Origin: an uncultured virus (IMG/VR IMGVR_UViG_3300044991_001638)
Taxonomy: Duplodnaviria > Heunggongvirae > Uroviricota > Caudoviricetes
Virus record (IMG/VR): IMGVR_UViG_3300044991_001638
Length of the DNA: 64,000 nt
Strand: one strand, 5' to 3'
Shown piece after piece: positions 29,504 through 40,200 of this stretch (positions are counted from its first letter, which is position 1; every line of letters starts with the position of its first letter). The position numbers and the translations under genes are program-made. The notes beneath the pieces are model-generated. The model was not told the origin of the DNA and ran no database searches. It was given only the letters and a program-made list of their open reading frames with translations.

Positions 29504-32500
29504 ATGGCAGCACAAGCAAATCAAAAAGTATTTGTATCACCTGGAGTGTACACATCGGAAACCGACTTATCATTTATCGCCCAAAGTGTGGGGGTAACAA
29601 CTTTAGGCCTTGTTGGAGAAACTTTAAAAGGTCCAGCATTTGAACCAGTATTCATAACGAATTTTGACGAATTCCAATCATATTTTGGTGGTTCAGAGCC
29701 CGTTAAATTTTATGGTACTCAGATACCAAAATATGAGGCGGCATATATTGCCAAATCATATTTACAACAATCAAATCAATTATTTGTAACAAGAATTTTA
29801 GGATTGTCCGGATATGATGCAGGACCGTCTTGGAGTCTTTCATTAGTTGCTAATGTTGACCCAACAACTATTTCTGCACCATCAAATCCTGTGGCTTTTA
29901 CTGCAACGTTTACCGGTACATCATCTGGAGGCACATTTAACCTTATAAGTGGGACATTACCAAATCAAGTTGAACTAAATAAACAATATAAATTACAAGA
30001 CGGTTCAGTATCTACAATACAAACCGATTTTAACAATTATTTAAGCGAGATTGTAAATACAACATCACTTTCAGCAACAACGTCAGTTATATATGGCTCA
30101 ATACTTTATGATGACAATTATTCTCTTACATATGGAAGACCTAATGTAAAAACTCCATATGATTGTGTACCTATTTTAGAAGAAAATAATTTATCTGCGT
30201 CGTCAAACGACCCTTGGCTTTATGCTAATTTTAATATTTCTTCAGGAAATAATTATTCGGGTTATTCTTTTTATTATGTTATTGATAATATAATTTCTAA
30301 TGTGGATTCTAATTTTACGGTTACTATTTCTGGAGCTTCCGTTAATTTTACAGGTATGGCGTACACCGACTTCAATAATATGGTTGTTGGTACTATTCGT
30401 TCACGAGGTATTTGTAATTATGTTAATAGTGCCGGAAGTAATGACCATGGTCCAGTTTATGAGGTTGGTATTGATTACAACAATAATAATACTTGGGTTC
30501 CAAATAATTTACAAATAGTTTGTACTGGACAATATTCAGGTATTACAGAATCACCTTATTCATCTTTTTTATTATCGGGTTTAACAAATGATAATAAAAC
30601 ATTTTCATTTGAAACGTCATTAAGTGCATCTTCGTCAAAATATATTACAAAAGTATTAGGTGTTGATAATTTTGGTAAATCAAGGTATGAAGTTCCTATT
30701 TACGTTGAAGAGATTTATCAAGGAAGTTTGAATTATGCTTATAGTCAAAATTATATCCGTGGATTAAGTTGTGATTTAATTGCTTTACCTGATGCAAGAA
30801 GTCAATCAAGTCAATCAATTGCTTGGAATTTAGAACAATACCAATCACCTGAAACACCTTATTTGGTTTCTGAATTAAGAGGTAACCAAGTTTATAATTT
30901 ATTTAAATTTATATCAATTTCCGATGGAAATGATGCAAATACTGAAGTTAAAATTTCAATCGCTAACTTATCATATAATAATATGTCGTTTGATGTTTTT
31001 ATTAGAAATTTTTATGACTCTGACTCAAATCCAGTTGTAATTGAAAAATTCACAAATTGTAATATGGACCCAGCATCAAATAACTTTGTTGGAAAAAAAA
31101 TAGGTTCATCTAATGGCGAATTTGCGTTAATTTCAAGATATGTTATGGTTGAAATGGCGGATGAATACCCAATTGACTCACTACCTTGTGGTTTCCGTGG
31201 TTACACACAAAGAGAATATGAAGACGCTTCGGTTTACCCATCACCATATCCAAAATATAAAATAAAATATGATTACCCTGGAGAAGTTATTGCTAACCCA
31301 CCATTTGGAACACCTATTGGTGGCTCAAATACTGTTGAATCTCCTGGAGATGTTATAAGAAGAACATATTTAGGATTCTCAACACAGTATGGAATTGATG
31401 AATCATTTTTAACTTATAAAGGAAAACAAAACCCTCAATCAAATTGGGCTTTGGCAACTGACTCATTTAAATGGAACTACACTAGTAAAGGTTTCCATAT
31501 GGACTCAGGAGCAACTGTTGTATCAATTGCTAACACATCAATGACAAGTGGTCAAACAGCTTTTGAATGTGGTACTGCTGAATTTAGAAGTGACCCAGAA
31601 ACACAAGAAAATCCGTATTATTTCATATATTCAAGAAAATACACACTATGTTTTGCTGGTGGGTTTGATGGTTGGGACATTTATAGAGAGTGGAGAACTA
31701 ACGAAGATAGATTTCAATTAGGAGCTGCGGGTTATTTAGCTGGTAGTGCACCTTCATCAAGATATCCAACCGCAACAGGTGATGGATTGTTTAAAAGAAT
31801 TGTGGTTCAGAACAATACTCAAGATTTTGCAAATACTGACTACTACGCATATTTACTTGGTATTCTATCATTTGCAAATCCAGAATCAACTAACATTAAT
31901 ATATTTGCAAGTGCAAGCATTGACTACGTAAATAACTCAAACCTTGTTGAGGAAGCGATAGACATGATTCAATTTTCAAGAGCGGATTCGGTTTATATTT
32001 GTACAACACCTGATTATAAAATGTATACTCCAGACGGAACAAGTTCTTTGGACGTTATTTATCCTCAAGAATCAGTTGACAATTTAAATAATACAGGAAT
32101 TGACTCTAACTATACAGCAACTTATTTCCCTTGGATTTTAACAAGGGATACTGTTAATAACACACAAATTTATTTACCTCCGACAGGTGAGGTTTGTAGA
32201 AACTTAGCTTTAACCGATAACATTTCATTCCCTTGGTTTGCATCTGCGGGTTATACTAGAGGACTTGTAAACTCTATTAAGGCTAGACAAAAACTTACAC
32301 AAACCGACAGAGATGTACTATATCAAGGTAGAATAAATCCTATCGCAACTTTCTCTGATGTTGGAACTGTAATTTGGGGTAATAAAACATTACAAATTGC
32401 TGACTCAGCACTTAATAGATTGAATGTAAGAAGATTGTTACTTCAAGCTCGTAAGTTAATTTCCGCAGTAGCTGTAAGATTATTATTTGAACAAAACGAC

Positions 32501-32725
32501 CAAGTTGTTAGACAACAATTCTTGGATAGTGTTAATCCTATTTTGGATTCAATTAGAAGAGATAGAGGTTTATATGATTTCCGTGTAACAGTTTCATCTT
32601 CACCTGAAGATTTAGACAGAAACACATTAACAGGTAAAATTTATTTAAAACCTACAAGGGCGTTAGAATTTATAGATATTGAATTCTTAATTACACCAAC
32701 AGGGGCTTCATTTGAAAATATTTAA
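29504..32725 (+). CDS. Contractile tail sheath protein (gp18-like)
   Basis: VSPGVYTSETD, PWFASAGYTRG, INPIATF, WGNKTLQ, LNVRRL and KPTRALEFI. Confidence 0.95.
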   Translation: MAAQANQKVFVSPGVYTSETDLSFIAQSVGVTTLGLVGETLKGPAFEPVFITNFDEFQSYFGGSEPVKFYGTQIPKYEAAYIAKSYLQQSNQLFVTRILGLSGYDAGPSWSLSLVANVDPTTISAPSNPVAFTATFTGTSSGGTFNLISGTLPNQVELNKQYKLQDGSVSTIQTDFNNYLSEIVNTTSLSATTSVIYGSILYDDNYSLTYGRPNVKTPYDCVPILEENNLSASSNDPWLYANFNISSGNNYSGYSFYYVIDNIISNVDSNFTVTISGASVNFTGMAYTDFNNMVVGTIRSRGICNYVNSAGSNDHGPVYEVGIDYNNNNTWVPNNLQIVCTGQYSGITESPYSSFLLSGLTNDNKTFSFETSLSASSSKYITKVLGVDNFGKSRYEVPIYVEEIYQGSLNYAYSQNYIRGLSCDLIALPDARSQSSQSIAWNLEQYQSPETPYLVSELRGNQVYNLFKFISISDGNDANTEVKISIANLSYNNMSFDVFIRNFYDSDSNPVVIEKFTNCNMDPASNNFVGKKIGSSNGEFALISRYVMVEMADEYPIDSLPCGFRGYTQREYEDASVYPSPYPKYKIKYDYPGEVIANPPFGTPIGGSNTVESPGDVIRRTYLGFSTQYGIDESFLTYKGKQNPQSNWALATDSFKWNYTSKGFHMDSGATVVSIANTSMTSGQTAFECGTAEFRSDPETQENPYYFIYSRKYTLCFAGGFDGWDIYREWRTNEDRFQLGAAGYLAGSAPSSRYPTATGDGLFKRIVVQNNTQDFANTDYYAYLLGILSFANPESTNINIFASASIDYVNNSNLVEEAIDMIQFSRADSVYICTTPDYKMYTPDGTSSLDVIYPQESVDNLNNTGIDSNYTATYFPWILTRDTVNNTQIYLPPTGEVCRNLALTDNISFPWFASAGYTRGLVNSIKARQKLTQTDRDVLYQGRINPIATFSDVGTVIWGNKTLQIADSALNRLNVRRLLLQARKLISAVAVRLLFEQNDQVVRQQFLDSVNPILDSIRRDRGLYDFRVTVSSSPEDLDRNTLTGKIYLKPTRALEFIDIEFLITPTGASFENI

Positions 32726-32733
32726 CAAAATTA

Positions 32734-32755
32734 ACGGGGTATATAACTGCCCCGT
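32734..32755 (+). other. GC-rich hairpin after the sheath gene (no U-tract)
   Basis: acggggta-tataac-tgccccgt. Confidence 0.45.
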
Positions 32756-32766
32756 ATTATCTAATT

Positions 32767-33597
32767 ATGAAAGGACAACTTAGAGAAGGATTTAAAGAAG
32801 AAGGAACTCCAGACATGAAATATTACGCGTTTGATTGGGATGACAATATTGTCCACATGCCAACAGAAATAATAATAAAAACTGAAGACGGTGACGAAAT
32901 TGGTATGAATACTAATGATTTTGCAAAACATAGGGAGAAAATTGGAAAAAAAAATTTTAAATATAATGGAGAAATTATTGTTGGGTTTGGTAAAAATCCA
33001 TTTAAAAATTTTCGAACCGAAGGTGATAAAGATTTTTTAGTTGACGCTATGATGGCAAATGTTGGACCAGCTTTCGATGATTTTAAAGAAGCCATTAATA
33101 ATGGTTCAATTTTTTCAATAATTACTGCAAGAGGTCATAACCCAAATATTTTAAAACAAGCTGTTTATAATTATATTATCAACGGATTTAATGGGATTGA
33201 TAAAAATCAACTAGTTAAAAACCTTAAAAAATACAGGACGTTTGTCGGTGAAAATGATATAAGTGATGATGAATTAATTAAGTCGTATTTGAACCTAAAT
33301 AAGTACTATCCAGTGTCTTTTGGTGATGAGTCAGGTGCAGTTAATCCTGAAGAGGCTAAAGTTCGTGATATGGAAAAATTTGTTTCCTATATTAGAAAAA
33401 TGGCTAATAAGTTAAATAAAAGAGCGTTTATTAAAAATGATATATCAAATAACTTTATACCAGAGCAACCAACTATTGGATTTTCAGATGACGACATTAA
33501 AAATGTAGAAGTAATGAATAAACATTTTATAAATAAACCAAATAACATAATTAAGACTTATTCTACTGCTAGTGGCATTAAAAATAAATATAACTAG
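32767..33597 (+). CDS. HAD-superfamily hydrolase/phosphatase-like protein
   Basis: Motif I AFDWDDNI, motif II ITARG, K in EEAK, motif IV FSDDD. Confidence 0.6.
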   Translation: MKGQLREGFKEEGTPDMKYYAFDWDDNIVHMPTEIIIKTEDGDEIGMNTNDFAKHREKIGKKNFKYNGEIIVGFGKNPFKNFRTEGDKDFLVDAMMANVGPAFDDFKEAINNGSIFSIITARGHNPNILKQAVYNYIINGFNGIDKNQLVKNLKKYRTFVGENDISDDELIKSYLNLNKYYPVSFGDESGAVNPEEAKVRDMEKFVSYIRKMANKLNKRAFIKNDISNNFIPEQPTIGFSDDDIKNVEVMNKHFINKPNNIIKTYSTASGIKNKYN

Positions 33598-33699
33598 ATT
33601 ATAATTTTGATAAAATAAAAGTAAATAGAAAAAAATTTTAACAAGGATATATTTATACATATAGAATATAAACAACTAAAACAAAAAAAATAAAATAAC

Positions 33700-34188
33700 A
33701 TGGCTGATTTATTAATGAAAATGCCGATACCTTATGAACCAAAACGACAAAATCGTTTTATTTTAAGGTTTCCATCAAGTTTAGGTATTAACGAATGGTT
33801 TGTTGAAAGTGCTTCAAGACCATCAATTAAAATTGGGGCAACTGAAATACAATTCTTAAACACATCAACATTTGTTGCGGGTAGATTTAATTGGGACCCA
33901 ATTAGTGTTAAGTTTCGTGACCCTATTGGTCCATCAGCCGCTCAAGCACTTATGGAGTGGGTTCGTTTACACGCTGAATCCGTGACAGGTCGTATGGGTT
34001 ATGCTGCGGGATACAAAAAAGACATTGACCTTGAAATGTTGGACCCAACAGGAGTTGTTGTTGAAAAATGGATTCTTTATGGGACATTCTTAACCGATGT
34101 AAATTTTGGAACTTTATCTTATAGTCAAGATGCTTTAGCCGAAATTACCGCTTCTTTAAGAATGGATAGATGTGTGTTGGTTTATTAA
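33700..34188 (+). CDS. Tail tube protein (gp19-like)
   Basis: EPKRQNRF, YKKDIDLEMLDPTG..VEKW and position after the sheath. Confidence 0.85.
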   Translation: MADLLMKMPIPYEPKRQNRFILRFPSSLGINEWFVESASRPSIKIGATEIQFLNTSTFVAGRFNWDPISVKFRDPIGPSAAQALMEWVRLHAESVTGRMGYAAGYKKDIDLEMLDPTGVVVEKWILYGTFLTDVNFGTLSYSQDALAEITASLRMDRCVLVY

Positions 34189-34268
34189 TAATACAATACT
34201 TCTATTCATTTACTATAAATCATAATTAAATAAGAATTATGTTTATAATTAAAAAAATCTAATTATAT

Positions 34269-34306
34269 TTAACCGTAAAGACAATAAACTTTACGGTTAA
34301 TTTTTT
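34269..34306 (+). terminator. Perfect 12-bp hairpin plus U-tract immediately before the next ATG
   Basis: ttaaccgtaaag-acaataaa-ctttacggttaa-tttttt. Confidence 0.7.
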
Positions 34307-34308
34307 AT

Positions 34309-35052
34309 ATGGATACTCAATCAATGGACTACGGTCAAGAAAACTTCACATTACCACATGATGTGGTACAATTACCTTCACAAGGAATTTTTTATAAAAA
34401 TAAAAAAAAATCAATTAAAGTTGGTTATCTTACCGCCTCAGACGAAAACATTTTAATGGGTGGCGCAAATGATTTAACGATGACTTTATTACGAGCAAAA
34501 ATTTACGAACCTGATATTAAAGTTGAGGAATTACTTGAAGGTGATGTTGAAGCAATCCTAATATTTTTAAGAAATACAGGATTTGGGCCTGAAATAACAT
34601 TAAATGTTACTGACCCTGTCACTAAAAAACCATTTAAATCAAACGTATTATTAGACCAATTAAATATTATTAATGGTCAACAACCAAATGAGGATGGTTC
34701 ATTTACAACGCTTTTACCAAAATCACAATCTACAATTAAACTTAAACCATTAAGTTATGGTGAAATTATTGAGATTGGTAAATTAGCAGAAACATATCCT
34801 CAAGGTAGGGTTGTTCCAAAGGTAACTTGGAGAATGCAAAAAGAAATTATTGAAGTTGACGGGTCAACCGATAAAGCATCAATTGCAAAGTTTGTTGAGT
34901 CGATGCCAATTTCAGACTCAAAGTTCATAAGAAAATTTATGAATGAAAATGAACCAAGATTAGATATGACTAAAACAATTATAGCCCCGTCAGGAGAAAA
35001 GCTAACAGTGAATGTTGGTTTTGGGGTTGACTTTTTTCTCCCTTTCTTCTGA
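34309..35052 (+). CDS. Baseplate hub / tail assembly chaperone (T4 gp26-like)
   Basis: LPSQGIFY, YLTASDENIL, LLEGDVEAILIFLR and an FF.PFF end. Lies between tube and tape measure. Confidence 0.65.
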   Translation: MDTQSMDYGQENFTLPHDVVQLPSQGIFYKNKKKSIKVGYLTASDENILMGGANDLTMTLLRAKIYEPDIKVEELLEGDVEAILIFLRNTGFGPEITLNVTDPVTKKPFKSNVLLDQLNIINGQQPNEDGSFTTLLPKSQSTIKLKPLSYGEIIEIGKLAETYPQGRVVPKVTWRMQKEIIEVDGSTDKASIAKFVESMPISDSKFIRKFMNENEPRLDMTKTIIAPSGEKLTVNVGFGVDFFLPFF

Positions 35053-35191
35053 TTATAGAAAAGTTCAAATCGACGAATTTTATTATTTAACAACACTAAT
35101 GAAAATTTCTTATCAAGATTTTGAAAGAATGCCCTTGTTTGTGAGAAAATACTTACTAGATAAGTGGATAGAAGATAACCAAAAAACTTAA
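35012..35191 (+). CDS. Small overlapping ORF (59 aa) in the +1 frame; second tail chaperone or frameshift extension
   Basis: MLVLGLTFFSLSSDYRKVQIDEFYYLTTLMKISYQDFERMPLFVRKYLLDKWIEDNQKT. The SY.D...MP...R..L pattern is typical of such chaperone tails. Confidence 0.6.
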   Translation: MLVLGLTFFSLSSDYRKVQIDEFYYLTTLMKISYQDFERMPLFVRKYLLDKWIEDNQKT

Positions 35192-35290
35192 AAAAAATTT
35201 TTTAATCTATTTATATTTAAGAAATAAACCAATCTTTGTTGGTTTGTTAGTTCACACGTAAACTAAAAAAAAATATAATAACAAAAATAG

Positions 35291-37177
35291 ATGTCAGAAG
35301 GAAATGAAGGTTCTATAGAGCAAGTTAAAAAAAGTATTGAAAGTTTAGGTTCTCCAATTGAAAAAATTATTGATGCCATAGGCGGCATGTATAAGCAGGC
35401 TGACATCCTTAATCAAGCATTTTTAGAAGGTAGAACCAGAATGGATGAAATGGCCGATGCCGTTTCAAAATCTGCTGCAGGAGTTATTCGTTTAGGTGGT
35501 TCAATAACTGATGTTGGTACAACTATGCAAGATATTGCCGCAGGGGCAAGACGAAATGTTATTGCAACTGAAGAACAAGTTAAAAAATTATTTGCGGCAT
35601 CTAGTGTATTAGGAACTAGCACAGAAACTTTAGTTAATAATTTTGCGGAAGTTGGGTATGAAACTTCTCAAATTGGTGTTAATTTAGAAGGTTCTATTCA
35701 ATATATTCAAAGTCTTGGTTTAAATGCGAAAGATGTTATGGGCGATGTTAATACTAACATGAAGAACATGAATAAATACAATTTTGCAGATGGTGTTGTT
35801 GGGTTGGCTAAAATGGCGGCACAAGCGTCAATGTTACGGTTTGATATGTCAGATACCTTTAGTTTCGCAGAAAAAGTAATGAACCCTGAACAGGCAATTA
35901 ATATGGCGGCAGGACTCCAAAGGTTAGGTCTTGCTGTTGGTCAATTAGGTGACCCATTTGCATTAATGAATGATGCAATCAATGACCCAGGAGCATTACA
36001 AGATAGTTTAATTAAGGCAACAAAACAGTTTGTTCAATTTGATGAAAAAACAAAATCATTTAAAATAAACCCACAAGGAATGTTAACTTTGAGGGAAATG
36101 GCAACAGAAACTGGAATTTCTTATGATAATTTAGCAAAAAGTGCTTTGGCCGCTGTAGATTTAGATAAAAGACTTTCGTTCATTAATCCAGCTTTAAATT
36201 TTGACAAACCTGAAGATAAAGAATTGTTGGCAAATATGGCAACAATGGGAGAGGGTGGAGAATACATTGTACAACTTAAAAATGATAAGACGGGAGAAGT
36301 TGATAAAATTAAGTTAAGTGAAATTACAAATGAAGAACTTAAAGCTTTAAGAAAACAACAAGATGAAAAACCTAAGACCTTAGAAGAAATTCAAATAAGT
36401 CAGTTGGATGTATTAGAAAATATTCAGGCAGCAATTGAAGGAACTGCCGCCAAAGGAACTTATGGTGTTGCCGGCGCATCCGTTGTACGAGGTAATATTG
36501 TTGGAGCGGAAAGAATAACAAATGCCCTTGCAAATTCTGTCGATAAAAATGTTCCTGAAAGTGAGGCAATAACTGACAAAATTAATAAAGCAGTAGATAA
36601 AATGAGTGGATTATTTATTGCAAAAGACGCAGGTAAACTAACTAACGATGAATTTGCAAAACAATTAGAAACCCTCCAAAGTACTATAGTAAATGATGCA
36701 AATAGTTTAGGTGAAAAAGGAATTGAAGCTTTTAAAAATATTCTTTCTGATGCAAATAAAAAAGTAACAGGTAGCAGTGGTATTGAAAAAGAATTTAAAA
36801 AGTTTGCTTCTGAGATTTTAACCGCAACAGGGACTCCACTAAGCGAAGCTGATAAAGCTAAAACAAAAATCAAAGACAAAGAACCCAACAAAACGATAGA
36901 CGATAAAACATTAGGGCTTTCAGATGTATTCGGAAATAAAACAAAACAAATTCAGGAAAATTTAAATAATAAAGGTTCAAGTAGTCAAAATTTAAATACC
37001 AATAGTAAAGTTGATTTTGGAGAATTTAAAATCACAATTCAAACACCACCAGGAACAACTTTAACTCAACAACAATTAAATGATATATTCAATAACGATA
37101 AATTTAAACAATATGTTGTTAACCTTACAAAACAAAATTCTTCGGAAAATAAAGGGTCTGGAGTTTTATCATACTAA
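35291..37177 (+). CDS. Tape measure protein
   Basis: Ala/Gly/Met-rich helical 628 aa in the canonical position after tube and chaperones. Confidence 0.7.
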   Translation: MSEGNEGSIEQVKKSIESLGSPIEKIIDAIGGMYKQADILNQAFLEGRTRMDEMADAVSKSAAGVIRLGGSITDVGTTMQDIAAGARRNVIATEEQVKKLFAASSVLGTSTETLVNNFAEVGYETSQIGVNLEGSIQYIQSLGLNAKDVMGDVNTNMKNMNKYNFADGVVGLAKMAAQASMLRFDMSDTFSFAEKVMNPEQAINMAAGLQRLGLAVGQLGDPFALMNDAINDPGALQDSLIKATKQFVQFDEKTKSFKINPQGMLTLREMATETGISYDNLAKSALAAVDLDKRLSFINPALNFDKPEDKELLANMATMGEGGEYIVQLKNDKTGEVDKIKLSEITNEELKALRKQQDEKPKTLEEIQISQLDVLENIQAAIEGTAAKGTYGVAGASVVRGNIVGAERITNALANSVDKNVPESEAITDKINKAVDKMSGLFIAKDAGKLTNDEFAKQLETLQSTIVNDANSLGEKGIEAFKNILSDANKKVTGSSGIEKEFKKFASEILTATGTPLSEADKAKTKIKDKEPNKTIDDKTLGLSDVFGNKTKQIQENLNNKGSSSQNLNTNSKVDFGEFKITIQTPPGTTLTQQQLNDIFNNDKFKQYVVNLTKQNSSENKGSGVLSY

Positions 37178-37241
37178 CGAGAAAACATTTAATTAACAAT
37201 TAAAAAATACAAACTAACCTATTTATATAATAAAGATATTG

Positions 37242-40200
37242 ATGGGTAGCCCGTTAGATTTTGTAAATAGTGAGGGATTTAGACAAAAATTAATTCCTAG
37301 AAATTTAGCTCCATACGCTAAATCACCTAGTCCTGCCACCCCACCTATTAATTTTGAGGTTATTCAATCAAATTATTCTGTTGTTGATAGTCCCGATTAT
37401 TTAATTGATACCCCATACTTTGCCAATTCAAGTTATCCACTTAACAAGTGGGGAGCTGAAGGAGGATATCACCAAGCTCCCGATGTTAGTGGAAATTTAA
37501 ATACCCTTTCAAATCAAGGAGAATATGGGCCAGGACAACAAGATGCTCATATTGTTGATTCTGGATTTGCAGCAACTCAAATATGGAGACCGTTAAATGG
37601 GTACTCAAGTAATAATAATTTTGATGCTGGAGAGGCAATAACAACTTTAAACACTTTTTTACCTGACCAAAAACAATCAAATGGACAACCTTATTTTAAA
37701 TTTGTTCCTTCGTCCTATCGACCACTCTCAATCTTATTAGATAATGACCCACAAGGTAGTAATGGTTTATTGAGCGATGACTCATTTATTGCTAGATTAG
37801 GGGCAAAAACTTTAAAAAAAGAATTTGAAGACCGTATTGGTCGAGAACTATTAAGACAAACTCTTGGACATGCTAACATATTAAATATTAATAGTGGTAG
37901 TAACCTTGTTAATATTTTAAGTGGTCAAATACCCTTAATAGAACCAAACTATACAATTACCGTATCGTCAAATCCATTAGCGGTTGCTGCAAATTTTGCG
38001 GTTAGTCTTGGTGGAGTTACTGCACCATTTTCAATAATACCGGGTTCTTATTTTGACACTAGTATAAATCCACCGCAACCAACAACAATAGCTCAATCTT
38101 TGTTAGCAAATCCAATTGCTGCGGTAGGTAATTTTGTTAGTAACTTATTAGGTGCAAATAAAACAGGAACTCAAATATTTTACAACAATACAGGTGCAGG
38201 TCAAAAATCTATTTTATGGAAAAACCTTAATTTTAATAAGTTTAAACCAAATTATGATAAGAGTTTATTAGATACTTTAGGTGGTGCACTCGTTGGAACT
38301 AGTACAAACACTTCAAATTTTTATGTTGGAAGTACATCTTCAGACCCATCAAGAGTATTTTCACCATCAGGGGCACTACCAAATGATGCATTTGGTAATG
38401 AACAACAAGACCCTGTTTATGGCCCATCTGAGTTAGCTCAATTGTATGAAGGTCCAAGTAACGAAATTCGTTTAGGTGCTAACGGACCAACATATAGTAA
38501 TGGAGGAGGTATTGAAGGTGGATTTACTTGGGTGTCACCAAAATATAAAGATAATGCGGGTAAACATGTTGGTGTTGGAGGAGAAGTAACAAATCAAGAT
38601 TCTGATTTTAAACCATCATCTTATAATTCAACCCAATCAACTGAAAGGACTTTTAAAGAAGGTTCTATACTTGATAAGACACAAAGAATTATTGATAGCC
38701 AACCAAAAGGTGGTAAAAGATTACAACATGCTGGTAATGCGATTGACCAAGTTAGTAAAGTATTCAATGATGGATATAAAGAAATGACTAAAGGTTCAAG
38801 AGTTTTATCATATGTTGGAGCAATTGGACAAGAAGTTGGAACTGAATATTGTAGAGTATTTACAAAAGATACTCCATACCTTCAGTATAATGACCTTCAA
38901 AAAACAGACGGTATTACAACTGAAGGAAGACGATTTTCTTATTCTGTGTTAGATAAGACATATAATCTTAACATTGCACCTAACAAACAAGAAGGGGGTA
39001 AAGACTCAACAAATATTATTGGTTCACTAAATAATGCTTATGCTAAAAAATATATGTTCTCATTAGAGAACTTGGCGTGGGCAACATCAAACAGTCCAGG
39101 TCTTGCGGTTTCTGACTTGGCGGTATGTGAACGAGGGCCTAATGGAGGTAGAGTTATGTGGTTTCCACCATATAATTTAGTATTTAGTGAGTCAGTTCAA
39201 GCAAGTTGGCAATCAAATGATTTTATTGGAAGACCTGAACCAATTTATACTTACAAAAATACAAGTAGAACTGGTAGTTTAACTTGGGATATTGTTGTTG
39301 ACCACCCATCTGTGTTAAACATTATTGTTAATAAAGTTATGGCCAACGAAACCAACAAAACAAGAATTGATAGTATTTTGGATTCATTCTTTGCTGGATG
39401 TAGAAAATACGATTTATATGAATTGGCTAAAAAATATGCAACAATAAATCCAAATGATTTATTTCAAATGCAACAAGCAATTACATCTAAAGAAATTACA
39501 AAAGAACAGATGGAATATGTTGTTAGTACAATTACTGTAGAGAGTCCAATTGCCAGTAGTAATGGTGGTGGTGCAACTAGTGCTAGTACTCCAATTATTG
39601 GTAATACCGAATATTTTATGAACAAATATAATCAAATCGGGTTTTATTTTGGTAATGATTTTCCTAAACCAGATACCTCACCAAATTATACCGAAGAATA
39701 CAATAGATACACAAGTGCAACAAACAAAAATTTATATGCGAGTAAATCAAACGGAGCTCAGTTAACCCAAACTTTTGATACAATGGTAACACCAAACTAT
39801 GAAATTGCTAAACAAATGGCAATTGATGTTGCCGAACAAATTAAAAATAGTGAGGCTGGTACAGTAACAATTAGAATTAATTCAAGTTGTTCCGCTCCTG
39901 CAACTGTTGGTTATAATGATGAGTTATCGGTTAGAAGAATTAATTCAGTTATTAAATTTTTTGCAGAAAATCCGGCAACAAAAGATTATATTACACAAAG
40001 AAGATTAATGGTGGTCGCTGGAACCGCAAGTGGTGAAGTAACAAGCTCAACCCCAATGGTCTCAAGCACCAATGTTGCACCATACACTTTACCATTTTCA
40101 CCTGGAAATTCTGTAAACTGTACTGATACAAATCTAAATGCTGCGGGTGGAGACACAATGTCATCAACCGCAGTTTTTACATCAAATGCCATGGCTTGTC

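Noticed and set aside
35224..35266. Two small hairpins upstream of the tape measure gene
   Set aside because: Short AT-rich stems that are plausible by chance. No further support.
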